DNA of 64,000 bases, from the NCBI GenBank assembly GCA_963804995.1, contig CAWDSK010000003.1:352001-416000 (forward strand), in the 5' to 3' direction. Under the pieces are notes generated by a model that did not search any database, had not been told where the DNA came from, and saw only the letters and a program-made list of their open reading frames with translations. This stretch comes from an uncultured Acidobacteriota bacterium. Its GTDB lineage: Bacteria > Acidobacteriota > Terriglobia > UBA7540. Shown here piece by piece: positions 63,852 to 64,000 of the stretch; position 1 is the first letter of the stretch; each line of letters starts with the position of its first letter. Made by a program: the position numbers and the translations under genes.

Positions 63852-64000
63852 ATGTTCTGGCGGCTCTGGTGGCGGGCGATTTCCGTCCAGCGTCCCCAGG
63901 CCGCGCTCGCGCTCGGCTCACTCGTGGTGGGCGCGGCCATCACTTCCATGCTCCTCAACCTCTATGGGGATGTGCGCCGCAAGATGACGGAAGAGTTCCG
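63852..64000 (+). CDS. Second ABC permease, 3' partial
   Basis: MFWRLWWRAISVQRPQAALALGSLVVGAAITSMLLNLYGDVRRKMTEEF resembles the N-terminus of the first permease; alternative in-frame ATG at 63786. Confidence 0.7.
   Translation, partial: MFWRLWWRAISVQRPQAALALGSLVVGAAITSMLLNLYGDVRRKMTEEF

Overview
GC-rich bacterial chromosomal window, most likely Acidobacteriota/Terriglobia (inferred from paired Acidobacteria-type VWA proteins, an FG-GAP/ASH surface protein and a GTTC-N7-GTTC-type LexA box). Housekeeping and metabolic genes: two glycoside hydrolases, a hutU-like gene, ftcd, mntH-usp, rsmB, a pyrG-kdsA-kdsD-kdsC cluster with interleaved genes, an RND efflux operon, lexA, and an FTR1-DUF2318/ABC iron-uptake operon that runs off the right edge. 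Mobile DNA: a full IS1182-family element, a long IS6-like element, two short MITEs and several repeat families (GTAG REP/REPIN doublets including a 195-bp tandem array, CCCTCTCCC hairpin repeats, 7-9-nt micro-arrays). Main observations: (1) an intact-frame urocanase homologue in which most family-invariant active-site motifs are substituted; (2) a nested hierarchy in which an IS1182 element and IS1182-like MITEs sit exactly in the loops of REP-type hairpins; (3) a microsatellite that supplies the signal peptide of an efflux lipoprotein; (4) two toxin-antitoxin loci that have lost the toxin; (5) about 11 frameshifts that look like sequencing errors, 7 of them on a CG(G)AA core. No rRNA, tRNA or CRISPR array was recognised. 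All family assignments come from motif recognition by eye, not database searches.
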